From the human T2T-CHM13v2.0 reference genome, Homo sapiens: 64,000 nt of DNA. A program made the position numbers and the translations under genes. Shown piece by piece: positions 36,036 through 52,279 of the stretch. The stretch's first letter is position 1. Each line of letters starts with the position of its first letter. Under the pieces are notes generated by a model, which worked only from the letters and a program-made list of their open reading frames with translations, was not told the DNA's origin and did not search any database. The DNA lies in the NCBI RefSeq assembly GCF_009914755.1, contig NC_060931.1, one strand, 5' to 3'.

Positions 36036-37625
36036 GCCTGCCCGCCTCCCCTGGCCATCCTGCCTTGTGGCTCTGTCTCTCTGCAGTCAGCCCTTGTCCC
36101 CATGCCAGCACGTTATGTCCCTGGTCAGACCCAGATGTCAGGCAGGGCCTGGCGGGTGGCCATGGGATGCTGCCGGGCAGGCGGGAGGGAGTGCTCGGCT
36201 TCCCAGTCCCACTGTAGTGGCCGCATGCCTGCCGCCAGGCCTGGCCTGCCCAGGCTGGTAGCAAAGCTTCGCTTCTCCCAGCCTGGCCTCAGCTGGCTGG
36301 AGAGTGGACAGCGCTTGGTGGCTGCCTTCCCTGTGAGCCTGGGGCTGCAGGCCACTCATCTTTTCCCTTCCCCCACTTTGACCCCACAACCACAAAGACT
36401 TGGTCCCAGAGGGTAGACAGTATAGCATGGGGCCAAGTCTTGGCTGTGTGACCCAGGCAAGTCACCCAGCCTCTCTGAGTCTCCTTGTAAAACAAGGCCA
36501 TTGAGGCACCTGCTTCTCAGGTCTGGAGGGGGCATCTACCCACAGTGGCTCACAGCACAGCAGGAGCGAGGCCCCAGTAGGAATTTGGTGTCACTGCAGT
36601 GTCTAGGCCAGCAGTCTTCAAGGAGGGGAGGCTGGCAGAGATGGGGGGATCTGGATGTCACAATGACAAGGGAGCATGGCTGACGAGCAGGCAGGGATGT
36701 GCCATGGGGGACTGCCAGGCAGGACAGCCCCACCCACAACACAAACAGTGCCCTGCTGAGAAACCCTCTCCAAGCCCAGCTGGTCTCAAGTCCCATCAGA
36801 GCTTAAATAAGTGGTTAAAAAAAGTCATATTTCTTGTTTGGTTTGTTTGTTTCTTCCCCCTGATTTTCAAAGCAAAGTAGTTTCCTTGAAGGACATTGGA
36901 AGGGTATTTGAGCTTCCTAGTTTAAAAACAGACTTTAGGATCTGACTGATGCGGGTCCAATCCAGCCGGGTGACCCTGGCCAGTGGCTTTGCTCTCTGAC
37001 CCTCAGTTTCCTCATCTGCCAAATGAAAGTAAGGAATGAGAAGGTTGTGGAGATGAAGCAAAAGCATGTTTGTAAAGCACCCAGAATGAGATCTTGCCTG
37101 TTGTGGTAAATGCTCTATATTCAGTAGCCTTTCTTTCTTGTCTTTTTTTATTCTTATTTTAAATATAGGAGACACAGAAAAGTACAAGAAGAAAACTAAA
37201 AAGGTGACCCCGAGAGAACCATTCTAAGATGTCCATGGGAATTCAGCTCAGCTCATGTATTTATATTGAGATCCTACTGTTGTCTGCTTTTTCATTTTTC
37301 ATGAAAATAAAACTTGACTCAAAGTTTCATTTAAAAATACTTTTGCTTATTACTATTATTTGAATACTTACACATTCAAAAGGTTCAAAAGGTGTCCATG
37401 GAGAAGTGAGGCAACCTCCCACTCGAGCCTCTGTTGATCAGTTTCTTGTGTTTTCTTCCTTCCCTGGGTCTAAGTCCTCTGCAGACCCATGAGTTGCAGC
37501 TGTCCTGCTCTTACTCATTTTGAGGTTTTTTTTTTATTCACTCGATTATAAATCATGACATTATTTTAAAAAATCAGAACCTACAGACAATCAAAAGAAA
37601 GAGGAGCATAAGAAAAGTGGAATCA

Positions 37626-37940
37626 AGCCAGGTGTGGTGACACACACCTGTAATCCCAGCACTTTACAGGAGGATTACTTGAGCCCAGGGGTTCAAGACC
37701 AGCCTGGGCAACATAGCAAGACCTTCGTCTCTACAAAATTAAAAAAACAAAAACAAAAAATTAGCCAGGTGTGGTGGTGCACGCCTGTGGTCCCAGCTAC
37801 TCAGCAGGCTAAGGTGGGAGGATGGCTTGAGCCCAAGGAGGTCAAGGCTGCAGTGAGCCATGATCATGCCACTGCACTCCAGCCTGGGTGACAGAGTGAG
37901 ACCCCATCCAAAAAAACAAACACACAAATAAACAAAAAAG
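37626..37940 (+). mobile_element. AluJ
   Basis: TSD aaagtggaatca. Confidence 0.9.
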
Positions 37941-38719
37941 GAAAGTGGAATCATCTGAAACCTTACTACCCCTTTGACATTTTGGAGCACATCCTCACAG
38001 GCTTTTTCCATCACTTGATATATGTTCACTTTCTGTTAGCATCAGGTATCTTTCCTTAGTAGCTTCAGGTATCTTTCCTTAGTGCTGATCAAAGGTTTGG
38101 ATGATATATTTGTGTACTGATCTGATCGTTATCTGCCTTCTCCACTGTGTGGTCAGTTCCAAGAGGCAGGCTTGACTGCGTCTGGGTCTTCCACACCACA
38201 GTAGGTCCATAATGAATATTTTCTGAATGAATGACTAGTGAATTTTCAAAGGGGAATGTACAGTATGTAATACTGTCCTGTGACCTACCTTTTCACTTAA
38301 TGTATTGGGGATATCTTTCCACATCTCTGTGTGGTGAGTCTCCATTTTTCATGTCTGCACAGAATCACCACAATAAACATCTTTTTGATGTTAGCCAGAA
38401 GCTTCTGCTGCCCCCAAGTGGGAAGCTCTTTTTCTAATGCAGATCTGTTAACAAATTCCATATGACCCACCCATGCCCCAGCCCTTCGGCCAATTACTTT
38501 GAGGCTTACACTTCACTGGTTACATGGGCCCGTTGTTTTCTGGGACAAGTCAAGATTTACTGTCTGTCCCTGACATCACGTTTGCCCAGAGAGGCTTAAG
38601 AGTGAAGAGCTCATCTCTCCTATCTCCCGTTTCCACCAGTTAAGGGTTCTGTAGATTTGCTGAAGTTGGGAAACTTGGTGTAACCCTTGCCTCCCTGGCC
38701 ACCTCACCACAAAGGGCAT

Positions 38720-39300
38720 GTGCCAAGCTCATTCATTCCTGCCTCAGGGCCTTTGCGCTGGCTGTTCTCTCCACCCGGAATACACTTCCCTCTGATATTT
38801 GCTCAGCTCACTCCCTTACTACTTCAGATCTCTGCTTGAGCATCACGTTCTCAGAGAGGTCTTCCTCAATTATTTTTCTAAATTAGCATCTCCAAGTCTC
38901 TTACCCAGTTTTACATTTCCTTGTAAAACATTTTACTTGGTATTGTATTAGATCAGATTATATGATGTTATGCTGTGTTGTGCTGTGTTATATTAATATT
39001 TTGGGGTTTTAAAATGGATTGCCCATCTCCTTCACTCTGAGGACAGGGACTTGGGACTCTCTTTTCTTTCCTGCAGTATCCCCAGCACCTAAAATAGGGC
39101 CTGGAGCATGGTTGGTGCTCAGGAAATACTGGTTGAGTCAATCCATGTTAACTCCAGACTCCAAGGTTACTTCCAAGGCTGAGAGTCCAATGCCATCATT
39201 CATTCATTCAAGATTTATCTGTTGAGCACCTACTGTGTGCCAGGGCTTATTTGGATGCTGGTGCCGTTCAGTACAACAGTGGACAAAGCAAACACATCCT
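38720..39300. mobile_element. Tail-to-tail L2 3' fragments
   Basis: cctcagggcctttgcgctggctgttc... on the plus strand and cattcattcattc...gagcacctactgtgtgcc on the minus strand. Confidence 0.75.
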
Positions 39301-39662
39301 TCACAAATGTCTCCTTGAAGGATGTGGTCAGGGGTCCAGGAGACACACATCCATCAGATAGCGACATCCACGTTGACTTGCTGGCCTCAGGTCAGTGAAG
39401 TGAGGACAGATCAAAAGGTCTCCACTCTAACTTAGCCTCTGCAGAGCTGGTTGAACCCCAAGGGTGACACAAATGGGAATGACACTTTTGTCATTTACTT
39501 CTCCCTGCTGTTCTGTTGCCCTCAGTGGAGGAGAAATGGAGAAGGTGATGCTAGAAGCCTTTCTGGATTCTTCCCACAAGCCCAGCTGTCTTTGCCAGAG
39601 GAGCTGACTTTTGCCCTACTTTCTGGCCCACACCCTGTGGTCACCCTTTAGGGAATTTTCTA

Positions 39663-40901
<1,239 letters not shown>

Positions 40902-41489
40902 TGCAATTTTCATTATTAAGGATTAGGGAAGATCAGAGGATGAGAGAGAAAAAAATACAACAGTTGAAGAGAATGTCAAAGAAAATTTTGTAATAACATG
41001 AGAAGTATGATTTTGAAGACTTTGAAACTAGCAGGATTTGAAATTGTACACACAGTGTGATCACACCTTTATAATAAAATTTCAAAATGGAGAAAGCTAC
41101 TCAGAGGAGCAAACTGCTAGAAAATTGCCCTCTGTGGGTGATCCCATTAAAAAAATTCATTTTCTTCTTTCTATTCTCCATTTTACAAATTTTCAATATT
41201 TGAACAAAGTTAAATTCCCGTAAAAGCATCCCTGTGCAGTTACATAATCCACTTGAGCTACAATTTGTGTTGTGCAAGTTCTGTCCTCAAACATGCCAAG
41301 GCAGCCAGATGGGAAAAGAAGAAATGAAATTATTTCTAGTCATAGAACACATGATTGTGAATGGAGCAAAGTCTAAGTAACACACAAAAAGCAAATAGGA
41401 AAACTGTGACCTGGGACTTCGTGCAGTATAAAGTCACAGGTTTGCTGAAATATGAGCTCCATCATCTTGGGCATGTCACATACTTCTCC

Positions 41490-41700
41490 ACTTGGATGGG
41501 GTGATTGTTTTTTTCCTCCAGGATACATTCAGCAATGTTGGAAACATATTTTGTCGTCACAACTTGGAGTAGGGGCATGCTACTGCATCTAGATGGTAGA
41601 AGCCAGGGATTCTGCTAAACATCCCACAATGCCAAGGACAGCCCCCACAACAGGGAATTATGTGACCCCAAATGTCCGCCTTGCTGAAGTGGAGACCCCT
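41490..41700. mobile_element. MER20 (opposite orientation to the other two copies)
   Basis: agccagggattctgctaaacatcccacaatgccaaggacagcccccacaaca. Confidence 0.85.
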
Positions 41701-42524
41701 GCCCTAAACATGTCTATTGGGCCTGCTTCCTGGCTTTTGCTATCATGAGCCACGTTGTCATGGTCTGTAGGGTACACACGTCTGTGGACATGTGCGAGTA
41801 TTTCTGCAAGATGTTTTTCTGGGGGACAGAACTGCTCCAGCATCCCTGTTCACTCTTAGATGCAGTAGCCTCTTGAATGCTGATGAGATGCCCTTTCCAG
41901 CTTGTCCCAGGCACTGCACTAGGAGGTTGGAAATGCATCTGTCTGCACACAGGGGAGCTGTGAGAAGTGCTTACTGTGTTCTGCTTCACATGTTGCGTGG
42001 ATTAACTCATTAGGTTCTCCTGAAATCCCCTGAGGTAGGCGCTGCCATCACGCCCATGTCAGAGATAAGGAACCAGGCTGCGAGGCAGCACAGGGGCTGG
42101 ATCAGCTGTCCCAAAGCCAGCAGACTCCCCCAAACCTCAGTGCTCTGGCCGAGGAGTTCTCAACCTGGCTATGCATCAGAATCCCCTGGGGAACCCTAAA
42201 AATCTAGATTCGGAGGCGACCCCGCTGGCCTAGTAAGGTCAGGCATGGTTCTGGAATCAGATCTTGGATTCAATTTTGGCTCCTCCACCTCTTGGCTGTG
42301 TGACCTGGGATCAGTGACTTTACCTGTCTGAGCCTCAGGGTTGACATATGAAAAAAGTATAGCATTAGTCCCTACCGCAGAGGGTGGTCATGAGGATTCA
42401 GTGAAATGCCCTACATCACAGGCTAAACATGGGGGTTGGTATACTTAATGAGTAAGTGATCATTAAGGGTTGATTCTTATTTTTATTTTTGGAGCAGGGC
42501 TGGAGCACCTCTGTATGCATATGT

Positions 42525-42548
42525 AGGTGTGTGTGTTTGTGTCTCTGT

Positions 42549-42590
<42 letters not shown>
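42525..42590. repeat. (TG)n microsatellite
   Basis: Direct reading. Confidence 0.95.
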
Positions 42591-42777
42591 TTAAGCCTCT
42601 TAGCTGATTCTGCTAGGCCCAGCTATTCATGCACCTATCCATTCATGCATTCATTTCTTTATGTGCTAATCCATTCATACATCCATTTATTCAACACATT
42701 TACTTAACAAAGACCATGTGCCTGTCTGGGCTTTAGAACCCGAGGATGGAAAAGCAATCAAGACGCACAGAAACGTA

Positions 42778-43472
<695 letters not shown>

Positions 43473-44619
43473 TGAAGCCATGTGGTATAAACTGTTGGAA
43501 ACATAAATCAGTAGGCTAGTGGGACCACATGGAATGGGGGTCCTCTTCCAGACAGGATGAGAAGCCAGATGTCTTCTGTTTGCCCTTCCAGATCCCTCTG
43601 CACACCTCTTTACTCTGGAGTGCCTCGAGGCAGACCTGTGTGGGCAGCACCACCTTTAGGGGCCCACACCTCCCCAAGGTGGATGCCAGGAACTCACTTT
43701 CTTCGGCTCTCTTGCCAAAGGAGTGCTTGGGTGCAGGGGTGATAGCTGTGCTTGAGAAACAGCAAGGAGGTCTGCAGTGTAGATGCAGGAATTGAGGTTC
43801 AGACAGGCACAGTGGCTTGTCTGAAACCATGCAGCCAGGGAGCAAAGGATCCCAAACCCAGGTCTACTGGGTTCCCCAGCTTGAGCTCTTCTTTAGTTCA
43901 TGGCCCTTGTTAAGGATGAATGTCACTGAGCTGAAATGAAGGAACAGAAAATTCCCGACATTCTGACAGCATCACACAGCAAGTCAACAGCATCACACAC
44001 TGAGGCCCAGTTTAGTGTTTACCAATCACCGATGGCAATCCCAGCCTGGGCTCAGCATTTAATAAGCATGGGCAGGTTGTGTGCTTGCAACAACCCTGCA
44101 AAGCAGGATGAGCAAACCAGGGTTCAGAGAAGCCAAGCTACTTGCTTGAGGTCACACAGAAAAGAAGTCAGGATACAAATCTGTGTTTGTTTCCCAAACC
44201 TTTGTTATTTGGACACCCCAACAAGAAGACGCACTGAGGATGAATGGGCATATGCCTGACGCTGAGCAACCTGGGGTTAGGGTCCACATCTGAAATTTCT
44301 TTCTACTTCTAGGCCAAACCCAGGGGCACTAAATATGGCAGGCCCTCCATAACTATCACATAAAAGCTGCAAGAAAGCATGGCCAGCTTATAGGGTTTTG
44401 CTTAAGAAGTTCAGAGCCTCTGAGACCCATCTTTCTCATTTTTTTTTAATTTTAAACATCTCTCATAAAAACTCTAGCTGAGTCATTCTCTGACCTCATT
44501 TTAGCTCTTCTAAAATGGTGGCTTTTGTGTGTGGGGGGTAGGGGGGAAAGCAGTATTTCCCACATTCACAACCTGGACTGTAGTATTTATCTATTCAGCC
44601 TTTCATCCACCCATCTGCC

Positions 44620-44760
44620 ACCCATCCACCCACCTGCACTTTCATCTGCCCATTCTATTCATTCACTCTGTCCAACCATCCATTCATTCCTCCATTGATC
44701 CATCAGTTTCAATTCCATCCATCCATCCATCCATCCATCCATCCATCCATCCATCCAGTA
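44620..44760. repeat. (CCAT)n repeat forming an L2 tail
   Basis: ccat tandem units next to a reverse L2 end. Confidence 0.9.
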
Positions 44761-46524
44761 AGTACCTACCAAGCATCTCCTTTGTACCAGGTCCAGTGCT
44801 AGATTCAGAGGAGCTAGAAATAAGTAAGGCTTGCTCCCTGACCTCATAGAGCTCCCAGTCCAGGAGGAGAGGTAGATATGATGGATGGTAGGAAGGCCTT
44901 GTTCATTTATTCCACACATGTTTCATGGTGCCACCAATGTGTCAAGCAGTGTTAGACACTGAGGAGCAAAGATAAAAGAGACAAGGTCCTTGGGACCCCA
45001 TCCTGGTGAGAGAGACAGAGGTCAGCATGCACCAAGGCAGGAAGCAGTTGTTCAATAATCCTTTGTTCATTCAGTGCATATTTGCTGATGACCCTCATAG
45101 GCCAGACCTGGGCTCTGGGGACACCAAGACAGAAAATACTTGGCCTTAACCACTTGGAGCACAGTCCAGTGGAAGAAACAGTCCAGTAGAGAATTTCAGC
45201 CAAGCATGATATGAGATTCAATTAGGGTGAGGAGTCCATAGATGCCAGGAAAGTGGCCAAGGCAGCTTTCTGGAGGGGGTGAGGCCTGGTCTGAGCCTAA
45301 AGGATGTGGTGGGGTCTACTCCATTGGGTCCTCTCCCCTGGCTTCCTGCAGAACATGAAGGTCAGACTCAGAGGCTCCAAGGACACCCCTCCCACCGAGA
45401 CAGTCAGCCCTTTAGAGGGTCGGGTGGGAGAGGGACAGAGTGACCAGGGCGCAAACCCTGTCTCAGGTCAGGGCCCTGGGAAGCTGGCTGGCCAAACCTT
45501 GGAGACTGTCCCACAGTGGCCAAGGTCCATTGGTGACATTGAGGTTGTTTGTGCAAAAGTGCTCCATTTTTCTAGGCAGTCTCCTTCACAGAAAAAACCA
45601 ACAAACAAACCCAGCTCTGTTGACATGACTTATGGTGGGGTGTGGAGGGGGATGAGAACTGCTACCACACTGGGCACCCTGGAGACACTGGTGCCTATAG
45701 GGGTGGCGGGAGAAGGGCAGAGGTTGGAGACATGGCAAGGGCCAGATCTTGCAGAGCCTCATGGGCCTTGGCAGGACTTGGGGTCTGATTTGAAGGGCAA
45801 TGGGGAACATTTGAACTGGTTCAAATGGGTTAAAAAATCTGATTCAAAACTTTCAGAGGGCTAGTGGTCAATTCATTTGCTCATGCATCCATTCATTCGT
45901 TCAACCAATATTGAAGCACCTACTCTGTGCCAGGCACTGTTCTAAGCGCTGGGTAGACAAGGATGAACACAGCAGACTTAGACTCTGCCTTCTTGGGACC
46001 AGAGACCACACAGACCCTAAATCAAAAAATCACACGATGAAATCCAAACAGTTGTAAGCCATACCAGGGAAGGATTCTCCAAGGAGCTGACACATAGCAG
46101 CTGGCTTAATCCTTCATTCCACCAACATTTATTGAGCACCTACTATGTGTCAGGCACCAGGCTGAGTGCAGGGATGTAGGGTGAGCCAGACCGATCCAGA
46201 CCCTGCCCTCTAGGAGCTGCCATTCCAGTGGAGGAGGCGAACCTATCAATGAACCAAAAAGTATGAGAGAGGTGTAATCAGGGTGCATAGAGGGGCCGTG
46301 GGGGCAGGCAGGGCTTCCTGGAGGAAGGGAAATAAGGAGGAGTTAGTTAGGTGTGGGATTTTGCATGGAGGTGAGGGGGGAAGGAAACCAAGGTCTCTTA
46401 GGACTTGCTGGGTTGGTGGCAGGTTGGGGGTTGTTGGGAGAAGATGCTGCAGCCTTGGGAGAAGGTCAAGATGCATTTTTACAAACCCTGCCCTTGAGAC
46501 AGCTTTGGAGGGCACCTGCAGGGC

Positions 46525-46790
46525 CCTCCTGTCTCTGTCTTTCTCTCCATCTCTGTCTCCTCTTTGTCTGTCTGTCTTTCTGTCTTCTCCTCTTTCTCTG
46601 TCTTTCTCTGTCTCTTTCTCTATCCATCTGTTGCCTCTTTCTGTCTCCTCTTTCTCTGTCTGTCTTTCTGGTCTCCTCTTTCTCTTCTGTCCATCTGTTG
46701 CCTCTTTCTCTGTCTCTTCTTTCTCTCTCTGTCTCCTCATTGTTTCTCTCAGCCTGCCCCCTGACTCTCTTTTCTCTGCTCCGGTCTTCT
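46525..46790. repeat. CT-rich low-complexity tract
   Basis: tctctgtc units. Confidence 0.9.
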
Positions 46791-47384
46791 TCGCGAGATG
46801 TCAGTAAGAGACAAGAATATGAGGAAAAGCCCCGGGTCAGTGGGCAGAAAGAAAGTTCGGGGCACAAGGACAGCTGGGCACAGGGATGACAGCTGGGCAC
46901 AGGGACAGGCAGTGACTGAATGTTCTGTTTTGGAAAGACAGCTCTGGTCAGAGGCAAAGGTGGCTGACCACAAAACCCGATAACCTGGCCAAACTCTGCT
47001 CTAGCCAGTCCTCTGGCCGGCAGCAGTGACCTGGTGGATGCTGCCCAGAATTTTCCTAGAGGAGTGGGGAGAAAGGGGGAAAATGGCCCATGGGCAGCTT
47101 CTTCTCTGTCAAGTGGGACTCACAGGAAGAAATAGAAATAAGTTAATTCTCAAGGGAGACCTCAGTGTGGTTCAGAATAGGAAAGCCCTACTTGTCTCTA
47201 CGTGGTTTGCAAGGTTTTTACAATCCAATAAGTGCTCCCCGTGTGCCAGGCTCTGTGCCCGGCCTGACATTGCCAACCCTCTCCTGCAGGGCGTTGTGAT
47301 TTAAGACCATGCTCTGGAGCCAGACTGCCTGAGTTTGAATCCTGGCTTTGCAAATTACTTGTGACCTTGCACAAGTTACTTAAC

Positions 47385-48021
<637 letters not shown>

Positions 48022-49878
48022 CTTAACCTCTTTCTTTATGGGTAAAATGGGAAGAAAATATCACCTCTCCCACACATTCGAGGTAGAGACTAATATTAGT
48101 TAATATAGGTAAAGTGTTTGGAGTAACACATGGCATGTAATAAATGCTCCACAAAACACAAGCTGTTATTAGTTCAGTTCTGTGATTAGTTCTGTGAATG
48201 CTGAGGAGGCAGAGGGAGTGAAATTCAAATCCTAGCTCCATCCCTTCTTAGCTCTAGGACCTTGGTGAAATCTCGTAACTTCTCTAGGTGTTCGTTTTTC
48301 TTACCTGTTAAGCAAAGAAGATCTTAGTATTCACCTTGCCAGGTGGTTGAGAGGGTCTATGTCTTTGTAAACTGCATGGAAATAATTCACCTTATGGGGG
48401 AAGAAGATAAGTCCCAAAGAAGTCTCTTTCTTTATTTCTTTCCAGCAGGCTGTGAGCACCTCCTGTGTGCCAGGTCCCCAGAATGCCTTCAACAAGCTGG
48501 GGCCTGTGCTCTTTCTGTCCTGGAAGACAGCAGAGGGCAAGGTGGAGATAGTGCGTGCCCCCTTGGTGCTCACTTTTAGTCCTGACCAGCTCTGTGAGAT
48601 GGGGTGGCAGGCATGACCACCCCGTGTCACAGAGGTGGAAACTGATCCAGAGAGGTGAAGAGGCTGCCCAGGGCACAAGGTTCACGTGCACCTGCTCCTC
48701 TGAGAGGCTTCTGTGAACTTCTGTGACAACCCCACCACTGTCTATCTCATCAAAGCCACCTAGGGCCTTGATCTTTCTCACCTTCCACTCTGTGTTCCTA
48801 TCTAGGTCTCTCTAGCACCTGGCCCAGAGCTGGCCTCAGACATGTTGATTGTGCCAGACAAAATCTACATGCCCTTAGAGCAGGAATCCGTGCAGCTGTG
48901 CAATCTGTCACTTCTCCTGTCCTCCATATGCTTCCAGCAAGAAGAAAATGCAGCGTGGCCATTGACCCCTGAGCACCCCCCTCACCACCAAGGTAGGAAG
49001 TGGGTGACAAGCACACGAAGTGTGGAGGAGGGGACAGAATGGGGTCTGGAGTCCCAGAGCTCCACATTCTCAGTCCTGGCTGTAACTGTGGACATGGCTT
49101 TTCCCCTCTCTGAGCCTCAGTTTTCTTATCTGTAGAATGGGTGCAATCCTTGTAATACCCCTTCTGTTGATATGCAGGATGGAAGAAGCCTGGGTATAGA
49201 ACTAGGCACAGGAGAGGTACTCAGAAAATGGCAACTGTTTCTATTATGTGGAAGGGGCCACTGAAGCCCTCTCCCCTCACCCAATCTTTCAAGCCCAGTT
49301 TGACTCCTCATGACCAAGGGTGAGATAGTAAGTGTAGTGGTTAAGGGCATGAGGCCTAGGCCTGACTGCCTGGGATCGTATCCTGCCTCTACAACCTGAT
49401 AGCTGTGTGATCCTGGACAAGTGACTTAACCTCTCTGGGCCTTTTTTTCTCCATTTATGAAATAAGTGTAACAAGAGCCCCCAGCTCCTGGAATTGCTGT
49501 GATGATCACCTAAGTTCACAAAGGTAAAGGGCCAGGATCCTGCCAGGTGCATGATGAGGGCTATAGGAGCATATGTTGCTCTTCAGGAATCAAGGGGGAG
49601 GAGGGACCTGGTGGTTCCTGCACAATTTACAAGGGACTCAGGGACAGGGATGGGAAGGAGGAGCTGGAGAAGAATCCTGCCATGAATCAGCAGGGAATTT
49701 CATAAAGCAAAGGCCACTGTATCGGGGATGACCTTCACACAGGGCCCATGTGCCCCCCAGGGAAGGGCTGCCCCACCCCCATCCTTCCCGGAGCCCAGCA
49801 CAGCGATTGGGCATCTTCATAAGGCAGAAGCTCCATCCTTCTGGCTGCTCTATCTGGAACCTTGGAGCCATCCTTGGC

Positions 49879-50175
49879 TTTTATTTTTAGATTTTATTTT
49901 AAGTTCCGGGGTACATATGCAGGCCTTGCATGTTTGTCACACAGGTAAACGTGTGCCATCGTGGTTTGCTGTACCTATCAACCCATCACCTAGGTATTAA
50001 GCCCGACAAGCATTTGCTATTTTTCCTGGTGCTCTTCCTCCCCTAACCCCCCTGACAGGTCCCAGTGTGTGTTGTTCCCCTCCCTGTGTCCATGTGTTCT
50101 CATCGTTCAGCTCCCACTTATAAGTGAGAACATTCGGTGTTTGGTTTTCTGTTCCTGTGTTAACAGAAACCCAAA
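49879..50175 (-). mobile_element. 5'-truncated L1PA 3' end inserted in an L2
   Basis: L1PA 3'UTR (cagctcccacttataagtgagaaca); TSD catccttggc at 49869-49878 and 50176-50185. Confidence 0.9.
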
Positions 50176-50185
50176 CATCCTTGGC

Positions 50186-51280
50186 GTCTTGATTTCTATT
50201 GATCACATCTAGGCCAGCAGCATGCCCCATCTGCTCCACCTTAGAACAGATCTGGAATCCAAGATCTGTCCTCCCTGCCTCTTCACCTCCACAGCCACCC
50301 CTTGGGCCCATTCGCCATTCTCTTCTGCTTGAACCACTGCAGTCACCCTGACTGTCCCCTTCATCCTGGCTCCTGACAGCCCATCCTCTACCCGGCCAGA
50401 GGGATTCTTTCAGAAAGAAGTCAGACTGTGCCCTCTTCTGTTCAGAACACTCCATGGCTCCCACCTACCCCAGAGGAAAGCTAAGTCCTTCGTTCGACAT
50501 GCAGGCTTCCATGGGCTCTGCCCTTCACCTCTCTGAGCTCACATCCTCCCATGCTGCCCCTCACTCATTCTGCTGCAGCCACACGGGCCTCTTCTCTGCC
50601 ATCCTCGCTCATGCCAGGCACGGTCCATCCTCAGGGCTTTGCACTTGCTGTTTACTCTACCAGGAATGCCCTTCCTCTGGAAATCCCCATTGCCCTATCC
50701 CTCATCTCTTTGAGGCTGTACTCAAATATTTGCTCAGTGAGACCTTTCCTGCCCTGCACCCCCACCCTCTACTTAGATTTGTTCCTCTCTGATGCTCCCC
50801 TCCTCCTTCCCCAGCTTACTTTTCACCTTAGCACTCACTGCCATCAGAAACATGATCTATTTAATTTACCTATGAAGTCTGATGCCCCCTTCCTCCCCCA
50901 CTCCATAATGCCAGCTCTACGCTGGCGGGGACATGTGTGTTCTGTTCACTGTTGCATCCTAATACATTCAGGTGATGGACGATATGAGTCAAGTGTGTTA
51001 TCTTGGACACTGATGGAGGCAAGATTGTCGGGGTGAGGGTGGAAGCAGGAGACCAGGAAGGAGGCTCCTGCAGGGGCCAGGTGAGAGAGGTGGGATTGGG
51101 CCAGGGCAGGGAGGGGTGGCTGTGTCTGGATGGAGCAGCAAGTGGTGTGAGGGGTGAGGGAAAGAGAGGAGTTGAGGATGACACCCTGGTATCTGGCCTG
51201 AGCATCTGGAAGGATGGGGGTGCCCTGGATGGAGATGAGCTGTGGTGGGAGAGCAGGTTTCAATCCTGGCCAAGTTCCAT
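50186..51280. mobile_element. L2 (+, to about 50960) followed by an L2 fragment (-)
   Basis: cctcagggctttgcacttgctg on the plus strand; gagttgaggatgacaccctgg...gcctgagcatctggaaggatgg on the minus strand. Confidence 0.75.
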
Positions 51281-52279
51281 GGGAGCTGCCTCCTGAGGCC
51301 TGCTAAGGCCAGATGCTGTTCCAGGGACTCCAGAACAGCAGCGTGTCACACAGTCTGCCTTCTCGTCACTCTTGTCTCATGGATTGGCATGGCAGCACTG
51401 CTGCTTACTGGGAAACATTGAGCCAGTGGCACCACTCCCCGAGCCTCAGTTTCCCCATCTGGATGACAGTCCCTCCCTCCCAAGGCCCGTGTGCAGCTCC
51501 ATGAGCTCATGCCTCTGACATGCCTGGCATCCAGTGGGTGCTCCAGCAGAGCTCGTTCCTTCCCTGTCCAGCCCCTATGCTGGCTGTCCCCCAGGAGACT
51601 GTGCTGGAAGCATTATTTTCAAGCCTGGCTCTGGCGGGCTGGGCCATGGCTCTGAAGGCTGCGGGGAGACCACAGTGCTATAGCAGCATCCCAGCTTTCT
51701 TGATGCCAGGAGACCGTGGCTCAGGGGAGGCTGCCCTGTGTCCATGCACTGCCTGGTAACCCTTTATGCGAAATTATGTCATGTCACCCCATGCTGTTTA
51801 TAAACAGCTCTGACGTTTCCCAAGCAGGGCCATGGGGGAGGGGCCTGCACCTAGTCCTCCCACCCCCCACCCCCCGATGCCAGGACCTGCTGGTGACCCC
51901 TCCCGTTAGCCCACATCACACAGAGTAAAGTGGGTGGACTGGCCTCCAGCCAGCGCTGGCCTGGTTGTTTCAACACCTCCAAGCATCTCGCAGCTGACCA
52001 GCCCTGGGGTATTTTTAAACCCTGGCCTCGGCCAACCTTTTTGTCACATTCAGGTCGGGGCTTGAGTTTAGTGCATGCCCCTATTCAGGTAGCTGGGCGG
52101 GGGTTGGGATTCACTGGACAACAAACATTTAATCCAGTTCCAGAACCTGGGGACCTACTATGTGCCAGGAGTGGGGACCCCAGGGGGACTCCCTCACAAA
52201 GCCTGTCCCCAAGGTGCTCACTGTCTGGCAGGGACACTGTGACAGGTCCACACTGCGACAAGTGCTAAGATGCAGGCCA

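Noticed and set aside
45304-45864. 186-aa plus-strand ORF
   Set aside because: No recognisable domain, its 3' part runs into L2-like sequence, and the length is plausible by chance in GC-rich DNA.
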